Part shown: piece by piece, positions 38,540 to 53,230 of the stretch
Layout: each line of letters starts with the position of its first letter
How positions within the stretch are numbered: the stretch's first letter is position 1
Source: Octopus sinensis
Taxonomy: Eukaryota
Direction of reading: 5' to 3'
Assembly (NCBI RefSeq): GCF_006345805.1
Contig: NC_043007.1
Location: 59,768,001 to 59,832,000 of the forward strand
Length of the DNA: 64,000 nt
Notes under the pieces: generated by a model
The model's input: only the letters and a program-made list of their open reading frames with translations
The model's database searches: none
Told to the model about the DNA's origin: nothing
Position numbers and translations under genes: made by a program

Positions 38540-39702
38540 GCAGCAACTGTTAAGAGATCGATGAGAGAAGAGTTGCCTTTCTGTGGTCGCCTGACTTGCT
38601 CGAAATAGCACCCAAAACTTTCAGTCCCACCCTCACAACGGTATAAACGAAAAAGAAAGAAAATAGCAGCCATATATCCCTCAGATCTTAAAAGGAGGAT
38701 GGTACACTGTAAGAAAATGTAACGAATAACCTTAATCGAGTGGATGACCACGGCTGGAATGCCTTTTAGCGTTACTTTACTTCATCGGAGTTCAGGGAAC
38801 TAAACAACAAAACTAAGAAAAACACCACTACCACCTGCATCACCATCATCGTCATCAGCAAACACCAATACCAAAACCAACATCATTATCATCATCATTA
38901 ACGACGTCAATACAGTCAACATTAGAAACAAAACTGAAACCACTCCTCCCACCACTAACAACAAAAACAGCACCACAACAACCACCACCATTACAACCAC
39001 CACCACAACCACCACCATTACCACCACTACCAACAATATCACCACAATTCAACATCACCACCAGCACCAACACCATCATCACCACCGCCACTACGACTAC
39101 CACAACTACCATCGACAACCACCTATCTTACCAAAACCACCACCACCACCACCACCAATATCCATCACCATCTCCATCATTCCCACTATCACCATTACCG
39201 GTTATAAAACAGCTGGCGACATCTATCTGGGAATTTATCCCAGGATCTTTGCACACCAGTCTCAACTGACATTCTCTGGTATTTTCAAACATCAATATTA
39301 TTTTGGCTCCATTTAGAAGTTAATCGATAAAAAGAATTCCCAAACATGTTATTTTGATCTACCAATCCAAAGATCCATACTTTTCAATCTTTACACCCCC
39401 ATCCACTTCTCCACCACTGGCACCACCAGCGCTACCACCGCCACCACAAACACCACCGCTCTTACATGTTTCATTGCATTGTTCCTACTTTTCTCTTTTC
39501 TCTTCGTCGTTATGGTCGTACCCCTCCTCCTTCTCCACGTTCTTCTCCTCCTCCTCTTCTTCCTTCTACTTTTCCTTCTTTTCTTCCTCTTCCACTTACA
39601 TGAACACATATCCCATCTAAGGTCACTTCTCTCTCTCACCACGTCTCACACTTTCCTGTGAACACACACACACACACACCACACACACACACACACACAC
39701 AT

Positions 39703-39753
<51 letters not shown>

Positions 39754-39775
39754 CTCTTTTACTTGTTTCAGTCAT

Positions 39776-40159
39776 ACTTACTTGGAAAAGGATGCGTGGC
39801 ATTCGTTTCTCATTGTGTTCAACGTTTTTTTGATGTCCTGTACCCATATATGCATGTATATATACACATATATGTAAGTAAGTACATATATGTATGTATT
39901 CTTTTTTTTTTTGTACTTGTTTCAGTCATTTGACTGCGGCCATGCTGGAGCACCGCCTTTAGAGTGGTGAAAGAGTACAGCAGGGATCACCACCATCCCC
40001 TGCCGGAGCCTCGTGGAGCTTTTAGGTGTTTTCGCTCAATAAACACACACAACGCCCGGTCTGGGAATCGAAACCGCGATCCTCCGACCGCAAGTATATA
40101 TGCATATATTTATATATTTTTTATATGATCGAACACCACGCATCCTTTTCCAAGTAAGT
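39776..40159 (+). mobile_element. Truncated copy of the 40.3k/50.5k repeat family with 24-bp terminal inverted repeat, interrupted by SINE pieces
   Basis: acttacttggaaaaggatgcgtgg (39776-39799) is the reverse complement of 40136-40159. The body matches 40795-40890 and 50930-51100. Confidence 0.65.
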
Positions 40160-40299
40160 TTTATCTTAATAATTACGATGCGCATTCTTCTTCTTTACTA
40201 TCTCTTCTCTGTCTATCTCTCTCCCTCTCTTGTTCTTCATCCTTTCTGGTTTTCTGTCCTACCCTTCCTTATCCTTCTCCTCTCCCCTTCACCACTCTC

Positions 40300-40894
40300 T
40301 CTCTCTCTCTCACTTCTCCTCCTCGACTCTCTCATTGCTGACACGTGATGAGAGGGAATCCATCTTTCCGACTATTACCCTCACAAAGACTAAACGGGCT
40401 TATCCTGTCTCTTCATAAGCTCGACTAGTTAAACGTTCAGAATAATTTTTCCATCGTCTTGACTTAACAGCCCTCATCGTTTGTTTTTACTGTTTTGTTC
40501 TCACTGATCTGTCTTTTACAGTTTTTACTTTTTTATTGATTTTACTGTTTTGTTCTCACTGTCCTGTTCTTGTTACCACTTTCACTCCCCGGAAAAAAAT
40601 ACCAAATTTTATTTAATTTGCTTTGCGGGAAGGACTGTTTCAATGAAGTCGCGACTTGTCCTTGCCTTCGTACGCAGATTAGATGAAACAGGGACAACTG
40701 AAGCAGGGGAATATTCATTATGTTGTATGTCTCGTTTCTCTGTTTTTCTCGTTGTTTGAAAAACGTTCTTTTCTATGTTTTTGTTTTTATGTTTTCGTTT
40801 CTCATTGTGTTCAACGTTTTTTTGAAGTCCTGTACCCATATCTGCATGTATATATGCATATATATGTTGGTATGTACATATATGTATGTATATA

Positions 40895-40900
<6 letters not shown>
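40300..40900 (+). mobile_element. Unclassified ~600 bp dispersed repeat, copy 1
   Basis: Colinear with 50480-51100 (ctcctcgactctctc..taaacgttcagaa..ttgctttgcgggaaggactgtttcaa). Confidence 0.75.
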
Positions 40901-40943
<43 letters not shown>

Positions 40944-40945
<2 letters not shown>

Positions 40946-41333
40946 TTGTTTCAGTCATTTGATTGCAGCTATACTGGAGCATCGCCTTTGGTCGAACAAA
41001 TTAACTCAAGGACTTATACTTTCTCAGCCTAGTACTTATTCTATCGGTCTCTTTTGCTGAACTGTTAAGTTACGGGGACGTAAACATACCAACATCAGTT
41101 ATCAAGCGATGGTGGGAGGTGAAACACAGACACACAAATCCACACACACGCACCCACCCATACAAATACACACACATATATACGACTGGTTTCTTTCAGT
41201 TTCCGTCAACCAAATCCACTGACAAGGCCAAGGCTATAGTAGAAGACACTTGACCAAGGTGTCACGCAGTGGGACTGAATCCAGAAGCATGTAGTTGGAA
41301 AGCAAGCTTCTTACCACACAGCCACTCCTGCGC
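40944..41333 (-). mobile_element. Near full-length SINE family C
   Basis: cttgtttcagtcatttga tail through cttcttaccacacagccactcctgcgcc head. Confidence 0.85.
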
Positions 41334-41351
41334 CGAAATATATATGTATAT

Positions 41352-41403
<52 letters not shown>

Positions 41404-41469
41404 CCGCGTGTGTACCGTGGGCGATTTTTTTCCTCAGTCTTCCCTTCTCTGGATCTTTCCTTCTCTTAT

Positions 41470-41504
41470 GTTTCCGACGATGAGCTCCGCTCGAAACGTT
41501 AAAC
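41470..41504 (+). ncRNA. Minimal hammerhead motif (U4C variant) in a ~205 bp repeat (41400-41605) within (TA)n
   Basis: gttt-CCGACGA-t-gagc(tcc)gctc-GAAA-c-GUU-aaac with palindromic aacgtt. Confidence 0.6.
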
Positions 41505-41609
41505 CCTCCTTCTTCCTTCTTTCCTGGGCGTCCAATAATACTATATTTGTTCCACGTCCTCGCGTTGTTGTGTTTTTTTGTGCTTTCTTGTTCGGATTAA
41601 CTTTATATA

Positions 41610-41669
<60 letters not shown>

Positions 41670-41687
41670 TGTATGTATATATATATA

Positions 41688-42052
41688 CTAGCAGTATCGC
41701 CCGGCGTTGCTCGGTTTTGTAAGGGAAATAACTATAAAGCATTTTTAGAGAGTTATAGCCAAAAAATAGCAAAAAAATGGAAAAAAATTATGGTAAATTT
41801 TTTTTTGAGTTAAAAAGGTCGAGTTGCGTCCCCTAGACAGTCTGTGGTTTGTGTTTCTGATTCTTGACCCCATGTCGAATTTATCGATTTATTTCAGAAC
41901 TGGGGGAACTTTTCAAAATTTTCGCTGCGTTAGTTTTGAATTATGACATTGGGCTATGTGTGTGTCAAGTTTCATCAGAATCGGTTGAAAGCCGTGGTCA
42001 GGGTGAGGGTACAACCAAACAGACACACAGAAACACACACAGACAAACTGCC

Positions 42053-42058
<6 letters not shown>
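41688..42058 (-). mobile_element. Non-autonomous Helitron
   Basis: Minus strand ends in the hairpin ccgagcaacgccggg followed by CTAG|T (41688-41691). Confidence 0.75.
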
Positions 42059-42096
<38 letters not shown>

Positions 42097-42099
<3 letters not shown>

Positions 42100-42550
42100 T
42101 CACTTTCGAGTGCTACTGGTAACATGTAACCCAGTAAACCTGTTGCATGGTCGGGTCGTCAGCGACTAAACCGGCAACCCCACCAAGCAAGATTGGTGGG
42201 GAAGGTGTTTATTGGTCACTCTGCGGAATGAAAAACAAAACCCGTCAAAGGGCGGAGGAACTCTTGACAGTCAACGGCCATCCAATAAATGCCTTAGGAT
42301 GTATCATGCGCGGGGACATAGAAATAATCGGACTGAATACCCGATCGCGCGATTAAACCATTGGGAGTGAAGGACTCCTAGCCTTTGTTAGGGCATCCTT
42401 CTAGGAGAAGGTAACTCAGGTAACTGGGATAACTCCGACATAAAACTTGCGGCTCAGTGGTTACCGATGATGTTGACCTGTTCTTCTTTTCGGGTTGTGA
42501 CTGCTGTTGCTTCGTGAGTGGGACTGACTCAGTGCACAGCCTTTCCTCAC
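42097..42550. mobile_element. GC-richer insertion after (TA)n, possibly an RTE-type 5'UTR-derived repeat
   Basis: Sharp compositional boundary and motifs such as aaaccggcaacccc and ctaggagaaggtaactc. Family assignment is tentative. Confidence 0.35.
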
Positions 42551-43205
42551 TTTAAAAAAAAATCTTCTTGCACAGGCATTGCACGATAACAATATTGATT
42601 AAGCTTCGTGCAATGGCCATACTCGATAACGAGGGGGCAGCCACCATATATAAATAGAGAGAGAGAAAGAAAGAAATATAGATAGACTGATAGATAGATA
42701 GATAGATAGAAAAAGAGAAAGGGAGAGTGACAGAGAGAAAAGCAAATAGTAACTCATAGATAGATATAAATACATACATGTGTGTGTTTGTGCACACGCA
42801 CATGACTGTTTTACTTGTTTTGCTATCTACATAATTTCTAATGTGTATACCTTAAAGGATATGTGTGTGTGTGTGTGTGTACATGATATTTGTGTGTGTT
42901 CGTCCATGTGTGTGTTGTGCTGTATATATACATAGACGCACATATGTATGCATGATGAAACAGGGGGCTCACATCACTAATGTATCCATCTATCAACCTG
43001 TCTCGTACTTTTGTTATCGTTTTCCTGTTTCGTTCACGCTGCTTATTCACTAAGTTCATCTTTCTTTGTGTGCATATAACAAAGTCTTTACTCACATGCA
43101 CACACGCACACATACACACACATATACACACACACGCACATGCACACACATAGACACACACCCCCACACCCACACTTCATATATGCATATACTTATGTAC
43201 GCTCA

Positions 43206-43328
<123 letters not shown>

Positions 43329-43390
43329 GTACACACACACACATATAAATACCGTTTATTTTTATATACACATACATAGTACCATAGTAA

Positions 43391-43458
<68 letters not shown>

Positions 43459-44739
43459 TATATATATATATATATATATAATATATATAATATATACACG
43501 CATATATATGCGAAGTACCAAACTTTCAATAAATGCTGGAAGTGATTCGCGCGACTTACTCTAGGAGACGTTACTCCAGCTTGGCCACAGTCGAATGACT
43601 GAATCAAGCCAAGAAATAAAAGAAAATTTCTTTCGTGTAATAAAAGGTCAAATGAACTTTATCCCTTTACCTGTATTTGAACTCGGAATAGTCAGCCACT
43701 ACACAAAACGCTGTTCGCAGAGCCAATCAGAAACTACTGATCAGTGACAGTAGTTGAAGATATTAACGAATTTTATATCTTCCATTATACAACACACAAC
43801 GCGATATTCTACTATGTGTTGTGTATGTAATACATACTAAGTACTGAATTGAAAATTGTCTTGGGTTAAACGTTAATGAGAGAGCATCACGACCACAAAG
43901 GACCAATATAAAGGCCGTGTCAATGACGATGCCAATAGTAGCCATAATGACACTCGCTGCTGATGACAATGATGATGGCGCGCATACATATAATGGCAGC
44001 TAGGATAAACGGTAATGTTAACGATAATGGCGACCACCTACATCGCGATGATGAATTAGACATAGTGATGGGTGGTGAAATAATGGCAATAAGGGCAATT
44101 AAATTGACCCCTATGAACAAATGCTTGCGTGGACTATGATAAGAGCAATGGTAATTATTCATCTTTCATTCACTTATAATATCCAGCAAAGAACACTTTT
44201 CTACCTTATTTTGCTACTCTCTTTACTTCAACCATCTGATTAATTAGTCAACCATTTTGTTTATATTTATTGATACATTCTCAACTATTTATTCCCATTC
44301 CGTTTTACACCCAATCATTTTGTAAATTCTACGCTTTCAGGTCTTTTATATAGACATTCAATCATTCATTAATCTTCCCATTATATTTATATCTCATTTA
44401 TTTCGTTCTTTTGCTCTACTCCTAATTCTCTCATCAATTTTTCAACTTTTCATTTACTTTTTCTAGGCGCTGCATGGGCATAGACTGAAGAAGTTTGTTT
44501 CGTAATTTCATGGTACAAACTTTTATCTAACTGTGTGATATATTAGGTAAATATCATTTTTCCATAGCCTCGAATCGATCCATATCTTGTGATTTAAAGA
44601 TATAGATATGGATCAATATATTGTGAGTGAAATTGGTGTTCGATTTTGGTATCCTTCATTATTTATTTCAGTTGGTCTTTATAGCGTAATATGAGGCAGC
44701 CACGTGATCACTTATCGGTACTGAGTTCGCTGTACAGGA

Positions 44740-44900
44740 TTTAATGTGCCAGTCTGTGGCATGAGGTGAATAAGACCTGCCCATCTGAGGTGATGTTTAA
44801 TGATGATAAAATCAAAATTTAATGATGATAGACTCAATGCTGTTGAGTTCGACCCGTTCTTGAACGTCCTGGCTGTACAAGGTCCACGTCTCACGAGTGG
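44740..44900 (-). pseudogene. RTE/BovB-type LINE RT C-terminal fragment
   Basis: ETWTLYS..VQERVELNSIESIIIK and IIKHHLRWAGLIHLMP. Confidence 0.7.
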
Positions 44901-45884
44901 GAAGTGGAAACAACCATGGATTGATACACCGTGAGACAAACGCACGTATATATTCATACATATATTTGTGTGTGTATGAATGTATATGTGTGTGCGTGTG
45001 CGTCTGTGCGCACGCGTGTGTGTGTGTGTATGACAGGCTTCTACACAGTCTTCCAAACTCACCCACTAGGTAATGGTCCACTCAGGGTTTTAGTAGGAGG
45101 CATTTGTCCAACGTGTCACACAGTGGGACTGAACCCGAAACCACGAAGTTACGACATAAGGTTTTCAATCACACATCCTTGTCTCCACCTATACATACAT
45201 ATACGTGTTTGTAGGGATGGAGGCGTGTGTGTAAGTGTGTATATGTGTGTTCCGGAGTTGAAATGTAAAGCAAGGTATGACACTTTTGATAACATAGTTT
45301 TAGACTCGCCGTCGAAAGCAAATTATGTGGTTGTATTGATCTGATTAATTTCCAGTCTCACTTAGACTTTTATTAAAGAAATTATATCTATCTTTTGTAC
45401 ACAGAAAGAGATTTGCAGCTTGTTGCTATTTATAATGTCTACAAACTCAGACACTGACAAACTTGCTCGTTTAATTTGTATAAAAATGCATGCACTGCTT
45501 AATTAACTAATAATGTACTACATAACGCTTTTTTGATCGTTTGATTTGTAAAAGAAGGTTTATAAAAAAAGAAAAAAGAAAGAAAGAAAGATGAAAGAAA
45601 GAACGATAAAGAATTATATTTTTACATTTCGAATTATCGAGAAAGAACGTTTAATCGTTTACTGATGAATAGCAGAGATACGATGACTTGTCAAAGTTAA
45701 TTGCCTTCGTTCCTTTACGTTACTTTGGGATTGTATTGTCTCATTTCTGAAGAGTAAATATCTTCGTGAACAGTTGGTTGAAACTTCCTAGTTTATTTTG
45801 AAATAGTTACAAAGAGGAAATTGTAATCTATACATCTCGTAAAGTAGCTGTTAGTGCTTCCATTGAAAAACTATTTATAATTTC

Positions 45885-46060
45885 GAGGGAGTGGGTAAGC
45901 TGATAAGCTCGACCTCAGTAGTCAACTGGTACTTATTTTATTGATCCGGAAAGAATGAAAAGCAAAGTCAGCTTCGGCGGAATTTGAACTCAGAAAGTAA
46001 AGACGGATGAAATGACGCTAAGCATTTTGCCCGGCGTGCTAACGATTCAGCCAGCCCACC
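45885..46060 (-). mobile_element. SINE family A
   Basis: ggcggaatttgaactcagaa..ctaagcattttgcccggcgtgctaacgattc. Confidence 0.8.
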
Positions 46061-46199
46061 GATTTCCAAAAGTTATTCATAATGAATATACGTTGTCACG
46101 AGTCGATGCAGTTTCTAGCCCCTGAGTACCATTGGCACTGAACTGAATGATGTATGTTGAGTATTTTGCGCATTCGTACAGTGATATAGGAATTCAATT

Positions 46200-46868
46200 C
46201 AGGAAATTGTTGGATGTGAAGCATTCCGAATAGAGTAGTAAATCCACTGGGGTATACATAGCTGTTGTTGACATTACATTGTAGCAAAGCCTCATTGAAC
46301 TTGAAGAATGATCAAACAAGCTAGATACGATCGTGGTAAATGCGATTTACAGAAAACTAACAATGGTCTTCGGAAGTTTCCACTTTAAAGTGAATTCGAA
46401 TGTAATTACTTTTCCCATTTCGTATCTTGCTGAATGTGACTTTAGTCTGGTGGTTTACGTATTATCAAACGTTTGCAGCCACCTTGATATTGTAAAGAAA
46501 CGGGGTTTACCGCTAACAATGTTCACAGCCTTATGTTACAAGTTTCGTCATGGTTCCTTAGAATTTTTTCAATGAACAAAGTAGACATTATTAAAATTAC
46601 TGTTTGCCAGTCCTTAGAGTATATGGCCCTACAGCATATGCACGCCTTTGTAGAATTGTATTTGTTAATCACAATTTTATTTACATGGAAATGGTTGTTT
46701 TTTTAAGCTACTAATAACACTTTATTTTTATACGACACGGTTACAATTAATAAATCTTACAAATGATTAAATACTAATTGTGTCTATGAGGAGGGGACAA
46801 CAAAGTAGGTTAAGGTCCAAAAGAGTAGGGTTTAGCAAAAACAAAACAAAAACTCTAGAGAACCGCTG
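46200..46868 (+). mobile_element. hAT (Buster/Charlie) 3' fragment
   Basis: FPISYLAECDFSLVVYVLSNVCSHLDIVK resembles the hAT dimerisation motif. Ends in gagaaccgctg (TIR-like). Confidence 0.65.
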
Positions 46869-47572
46869 CACTAATCACAACACTCTTTCGTTCAACAAGT
46901 CACCACTCACTCTCTCCATCTCTCTCCCTCTACTTTCCATTCTCTTTCAACTCTCTCTCTCCCATCCCTCGCTTTATCTCCACCCTCTCTCTCTTTCTCT
47001 CTGTTTTTACGAACAAATGACCAGAAAGTTTGACTCAGTGTTGATGAAAATAAAGAGCTATCGACTCACTATCTGGGTATCCAACACCACATTAAGTCAT
47101 CGGTTAATGTAGCCAATAATTATCTAATGTAGCCAATAATTATCTAAAGAATGAATCATCACGGAAATTTTATCTTACATGATGTATAATACTAAACGTA
47201 TACTAACGCAGTATAATTTGACATTAAACAATAAAGTACCTTCGGTACTGTCAGAGTACTACGTTTAACACCTGGATAGCAGGTTAAACTGTAAATGACA
47301 TAGAAAGCACACCAAACCTTTTGTAGAGTATTGAATAACTAGAGAGAGTGTCAATACGATCGATCACCCTCTTAAGAATACCAACGAAATCTCCCCTAAA
47401 TTGTACCATACCGAATCAAATTCAATAAAGACAATTTTGGTTTCTTTTCACCCCAAAAGTATAGCATATATGTTGGACGCTCAAGTGTCTGATATACAAC
47501 CAGATGACTAGATCTTTGATCATGGTTTTGGTCGATTAGATAACGACGTGGGGTTAAACAGTATCAGTAAAA

Positions 47573-47604
<32 letters not shown>

Positions 47605-47926
47605 ACAACAACAACAACAACAACTATTTAGACTGAAATCAAGATATATCGAAATTTCAGTTATTGTCGGTAGGGAATTGCTTCCATGTCACTGTTTTCA
47701 GCTGTAATACAATAACTTATTCCCCAAATAGCTTTGAATTGATAAATGTTTCCTCCTTATATCTCAGGTACTACGAAACAGCACTGACTTGAACGAAATT
47801 CAATAGAGACAAAAATGATTGTTGATGGATTGTGCAGAACTCTGCTTTAACAACTCCAGAACTTTTTTTTTATCAAGCATAATTCGTAAACATGTTTATC
47901 ACAACAGTTTGATATATATATATGTA

Positions 47927-47995
<69 letters not shown>

Positions 47996-49401
47996 TGAAT
48001 TCTTGATGGAGACGCAAATTAGCAGATAGTGCCAGAATTCAGCACTCCAGAGGCAGTTCTGGTACTGAAAAAATCAAAATCCGGCGTCCATTTACTTTTG
48101 ATAAGCTTATCTAGCCTCTCTCTTGGCATATCTCTCAGCAACCGACATCTTTCTCTTGGGAAAAAACAAACAGATAGCAGTTATTTAATAAATCGTTATT
48201 ACCAGCTGTGATCGCTGTAAAATATACCGGGAAAACATTAGATTGATTTAAAAAGTAATACATCGTAAATATTTTATTAAGAAGATTGGAAGGTTACCAG
48301 AATAAATAATTTTTGTCCAGCATTCATCAGCATCACAACATATATTGACATAATATTTAATATCATGTTTATTAAGTCAACTCTAAAAGCAAAGAGCCTT
48401 CCTAGGTATTCCCTCTACTTCACACTTAACTCTACGCCGAATTGTAAAATACGCTACCCTAGTATCAATGTGAGTTTAATTAAAATTAGCACAGACATAG
48501 TGAGGAACCGCCATCTTTAAACTAAATATGTTCTTTTATTGATAATACCAGTAAAAAGGGGCTGAATCGTTGGGCTTCACAAGCCGTACACTTTCCACAT
48601 GTACATGCTTATATTTGTCATGTCTAATATATATTAACTGTTACGACATGCGATATATAGTCTGGAAAATCTAGAAATTGATTTGAATATGTATTTTTCC
48701 ACAAAAGGAAACTTATGAAAAGAGAAGATAAAAAAAGAATATAATCATGTAATTATTAAGTCATTTGTGATTTGGTAGATGTCAGCAAATTTTTAGTTAA
48801 TTAAAGCTAATTATTGTTGCTTGAGTTTGATTTTTATCGTTCGTACTTGGCATTCGTTCAGCTGCGTAATAAAATACATTTCTCTTATAAATGATCGAAG
48901 ATATGTCATATGTAATGACTTATTCCATTTAAAATTGGCGATAGCAACACATAAATGCAACTGTTTCTTTTGTGTATGGGTAATGGACAACTAATATGAT
49001 CAGTGCAATACATTTTAAACAATTCATCTGAAACAATAAAGAGTATTTATTGACTACTGCGTGTTCAACTACAGTATCATACATGTTGGATGTCATCTGT
49101 TGGGATATCAATGGTGAAACTAAGATACGCAAAGACGAATGTCAATTGTAAATTGGTTAGTGCTTTAATGTGTGTGTGTATGTATGTATGTATGTATGTA
49201 TGTATGTATGTATGTATGTATGTATGTATCTGTGTATGCGTGTATGTATGTATGTCATTGTTCAGTTTTATTCCAAGATTTCTTGCCAATAAAGAAAGAA
49301 CCGGTTTCTAAACTGTATGTATGTATGTATGTATGTATGTATGTATGTATGTATATATGTATGTATACACACACATTAATATAAATATCCATGCGCAATT
49401 T

Positions 49402-49926
49402 ATAAAGGGAAAATACAATTATCACTAAATGCCACTAAGGGTGTCAAGACATCTTCATTGCTAGAAATAAGAGCTAAAATGTTCTTATGCTGTAGGAAAA
49501 GCACATAATTGTATATATATGTGCTCACAGGGACTGCAATTACTCCAAAACACTGACTCGAGAATTCCTTAGACTGAACGTTCAGTTTCGGCTGTTTCCG
49601 TAGCCTCTTCATTAAGGACCGCTCTTTCGGCTGTCTCCGGGCTTAATGCACCGTCAGCATATATATATTTACTATAAAAATTTATGGCTGATTTAGCGAA
49701 TTGCTAGTGCGTGTACAAAAATTAACATAAACAGTCATACACAATGTGTTACCATAAAGGAAAAATATAATTGCCACTAAATGCGACTAAGAGTGTCAAG
49801 GCACCTACGCTTCTAGAAATAATAGTTAAAATGCTCTAATGCGGTAGGGAAAGCACATAATTGTATACATATATGCTCACAGGGACTTTAATCGCCCAAA
49901 AACACTGTGAATTCCTTAGACTGAAC
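49402..49926 (-). mobile_element. HHR-bearing partial tandem repeat, ~347 bp period (retrozyme/pLTR-like)
   Basis: 49402-49579 resembles 49754-49926. Both end in attccttagactgaac, the HHR 3' half on the minus strand. Confidence 0.75.
49566..49618 (-). ncRNA. Type I hammerhead motif with C3A substitution
   Basis: Minus strand: tcctta-AUGAAGA-ggct(acggaaac)agcc-GAAA-ctgaacgttca-GUC-taagga. Stem III is a 14-nt palindrome actgaacgttcagt. Confidence 0.75.
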
Positions 49927-50152
49927 ATAACAAAAGGAATTCTCACACTGAGTGAAATGAGGTTATGATCTAACGAAGAACTTATTTAAACAATCAACAG
50001 AAAACACACATTTTACACCTAGGATGGATGATAGTGGTTACACGTTAATTATATCATTTCACCAATGTGCTACAAGTATGCAAACATGTCGAATCAATTG
50101 TAGTGATTTATAAATAAAGAATGTCGTGCAGTCTATTTTCTATTATTTGTCT

Positions 50153-50189
<37 letters not shown>

Positions 50190-50479
50190 ACACACACACC
50201 ACACACACAACACACACACACACACACACACATATCACTGTGTCACTGCATCGACCAGACTATTGCTCAGAATGCGCTTTCCGAATGCCACCCTGCTGGC
50301 TAGCTGGGCAAACCGATCGTAATGTCAGATATCCATTTGAACGAACTAGAACAATGCGAAATGAAGTGCTTCGCTCAAAATCACAATGCATCCACTATCT
50401 GGAAATCGAAACCACGACCTTGCGATCGTAAGTGCAACGTCGTAGCCGTAGCCACCCTTCCCTATTCTTCTTCACCGTT

Positions 50480-51205
<726 letters not shown>

Positions 51206-51313
51206 CTGTCTCTCTCTCTATACATACATACATACATACATACATACATACATACATACATACATACATACATACATACATACATACATACATACGTAAT
51301 ATATTTATTTATA

Positions 51314-52020
51314 CTAGCGGGGCACGTGAATATTTCACAGAATTAGTAGTAAACTTAAACCAAAAAACCTAAAAGGTTAGCCCATGTTGTGCCTGTATCA
51401 AAAGATAGTCGCTCATCTGCTGTTCATTGAAAAGTGAAGGACATTGGAATACGATGATTACTTAATGCATTATATATATATATACTTAATGCGCAATTTT
51501 ATAAACCTGATACACAGCATTCATAAAATAAATATTCACTCTTATTTTTCCATTTTGCCCATAAACAGAATAAATTACATTCTAAAACTTACGTGGTCAC
51601 ACGTAGAAAACAAAAATTTTATAGTAAAAAAATTATTTTACATGCAAAATGTAGGGGTCAGAATTTCACGGAGGTAAAAATTAAATGCAACGTGGCATAC
51701 TCTGAAAACTATATCGTTGCTAACTTATAAGCCAAGGCGATGGGTCAGAGCCAATACACATTTCAATTTGCGTATGCCTTTCAATTCAACACTTCTTTGC
51801 AGACTTCCTCTTCTTTTCCTTTGTTTGTCTCACATCACATAATTTGCGAGTCCTTGTGAATGTAAGACATAGCTGACCATGGCAGAATACAGGGCTCAGG
51901 TAAGAACAGACCCACTTTATCAAATGTCTGCCCTTGTGATTCATTGATAGTCATTGCATATAACAGGCGAACGGGAAATTGGTTTCTTTCTAAAGTGAAT
52001 GGCAAGTTTGGGATGCACAT
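51314..52020 (-). mobile_element. Helitron 3' remnant with PIF1-type helicase fragment (51830-52020)
   Basis: LPFTLERNQFPVRLLYAMTINESQGQTFDKVGLFLPEP and a CTAG end at 51314-51317. Confidence 0.8.
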
Positions 52021-52844
52021 GCATTAAGTGATATATGATATAAAAAAACTTGGTTCATTTAAAACAAAAGAAATTACTTTTCACTATGCACTCACCATCG
52101 CCAACTTCACCACTACCACCATTATCTCTCTCTCCCTCTCTCCCCGCTCTCTCTCCCTCTCTCTCACCTCGCTCTCTCCATCCCCCTCTCTCTGTGCCTT
52201 TCTTTAATTTCACCATCAGAACATCACCCCTCTCCTAAATTTATATTCCTAATTCTCCTCTGTATCACTACCTTCAACTAACTTTTTTAACCACGTAATA
52301 AATATTACGTTCCTCCAACCACACGTCATGGACACTTATCTCTTCGTCTTTTCTCTCTTCCTCTTTTTCTTTTTCTCTCTTTCTGCTTCACTCTTCGCCT
52401 CATCCCCTTTTTCTCTCTCCTCATTCTCTTTCTTCCTCTTTTTCTCTGATCACGTGAAAGCGTTACGGACGGGCTAAGTAACGTAATGACAAGCAGAATA
52501 ATTTTAAGATGGTGAGCGCAGTCAAAGGAGACTACTTCATACTGAATATATTCAGCGAATATGTATTCCAAGTCATGCTTAACGATTGTACATTCGCTAA
52601 TGTACAATCTGCGTTTCGCGATGAGAGCGATCTTTATGAATGTAGTGGGAAGAGTGAGCACGCGAGTGTGACTCTGTGTTCCTGTGACTGTGTGCCTGAA
52701 CCATACAAATATGTATGCAAATACATATGTGTTTGTGTGTGCGTGTGTGTGTATGTGTGTGGTTGGGTGTGTACATGTGTATATATGTAACTTCACTTCC
52801 TCTTTCTTCCCCCCTCTCTCTCTCTTTTGCTATACCTTTTATCT

Positions 52845-53230
52845 TTTACTTGTTTCAGAGTGGGGCCATGCTGGGGCACCCCTTGAAGAATTTTTAGTCA
52901 AACATATCAACCCCAATACTTATATTTTTTAAAGCCTGAAATTTATCGTACTGATGTTTTTCGCCGAACCGCTAGGTTACAGAGACGTAAACACACCGAT
53001 AACAGTTATCAAGCGGTAGTGGGGGACAAACACAGACACGAATACACACAGACATCCACAAACATATATATATTAATATATATATATATATATATATATA
53101 TAACAAGCTTCCTTCAGTTTCCGACTACCAAATTTACTGACAAGATTTTCGTCAGCCTGAGGTTATAGTAGAAGTGAGACTGAACCTGGAACCATGTGTT
53201 TGGGAAACAAGCTTCTTACAGCACTCCCAC
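52845..53230 (-). mobile_element. SINE family C
   Basis: Colinear with 40944-41333. Confidence 0.75.

Noticed and set aside
40625-40670. Minus-strand GAAAcaGUC suggesting an HHR in the 600-bp family
   Set aside because: No CUGANGA in either copy.
42097-42550. HDV-like ribozyme in a putative RTE 5'UTR
   Set aside because: Could not assemble P1/P1.1/P2/P3/P4 by eye.
48255-48336. Minus-strand CUGAUGA possible hammerhead
   Set aside because: No GAAA core half could be placed.
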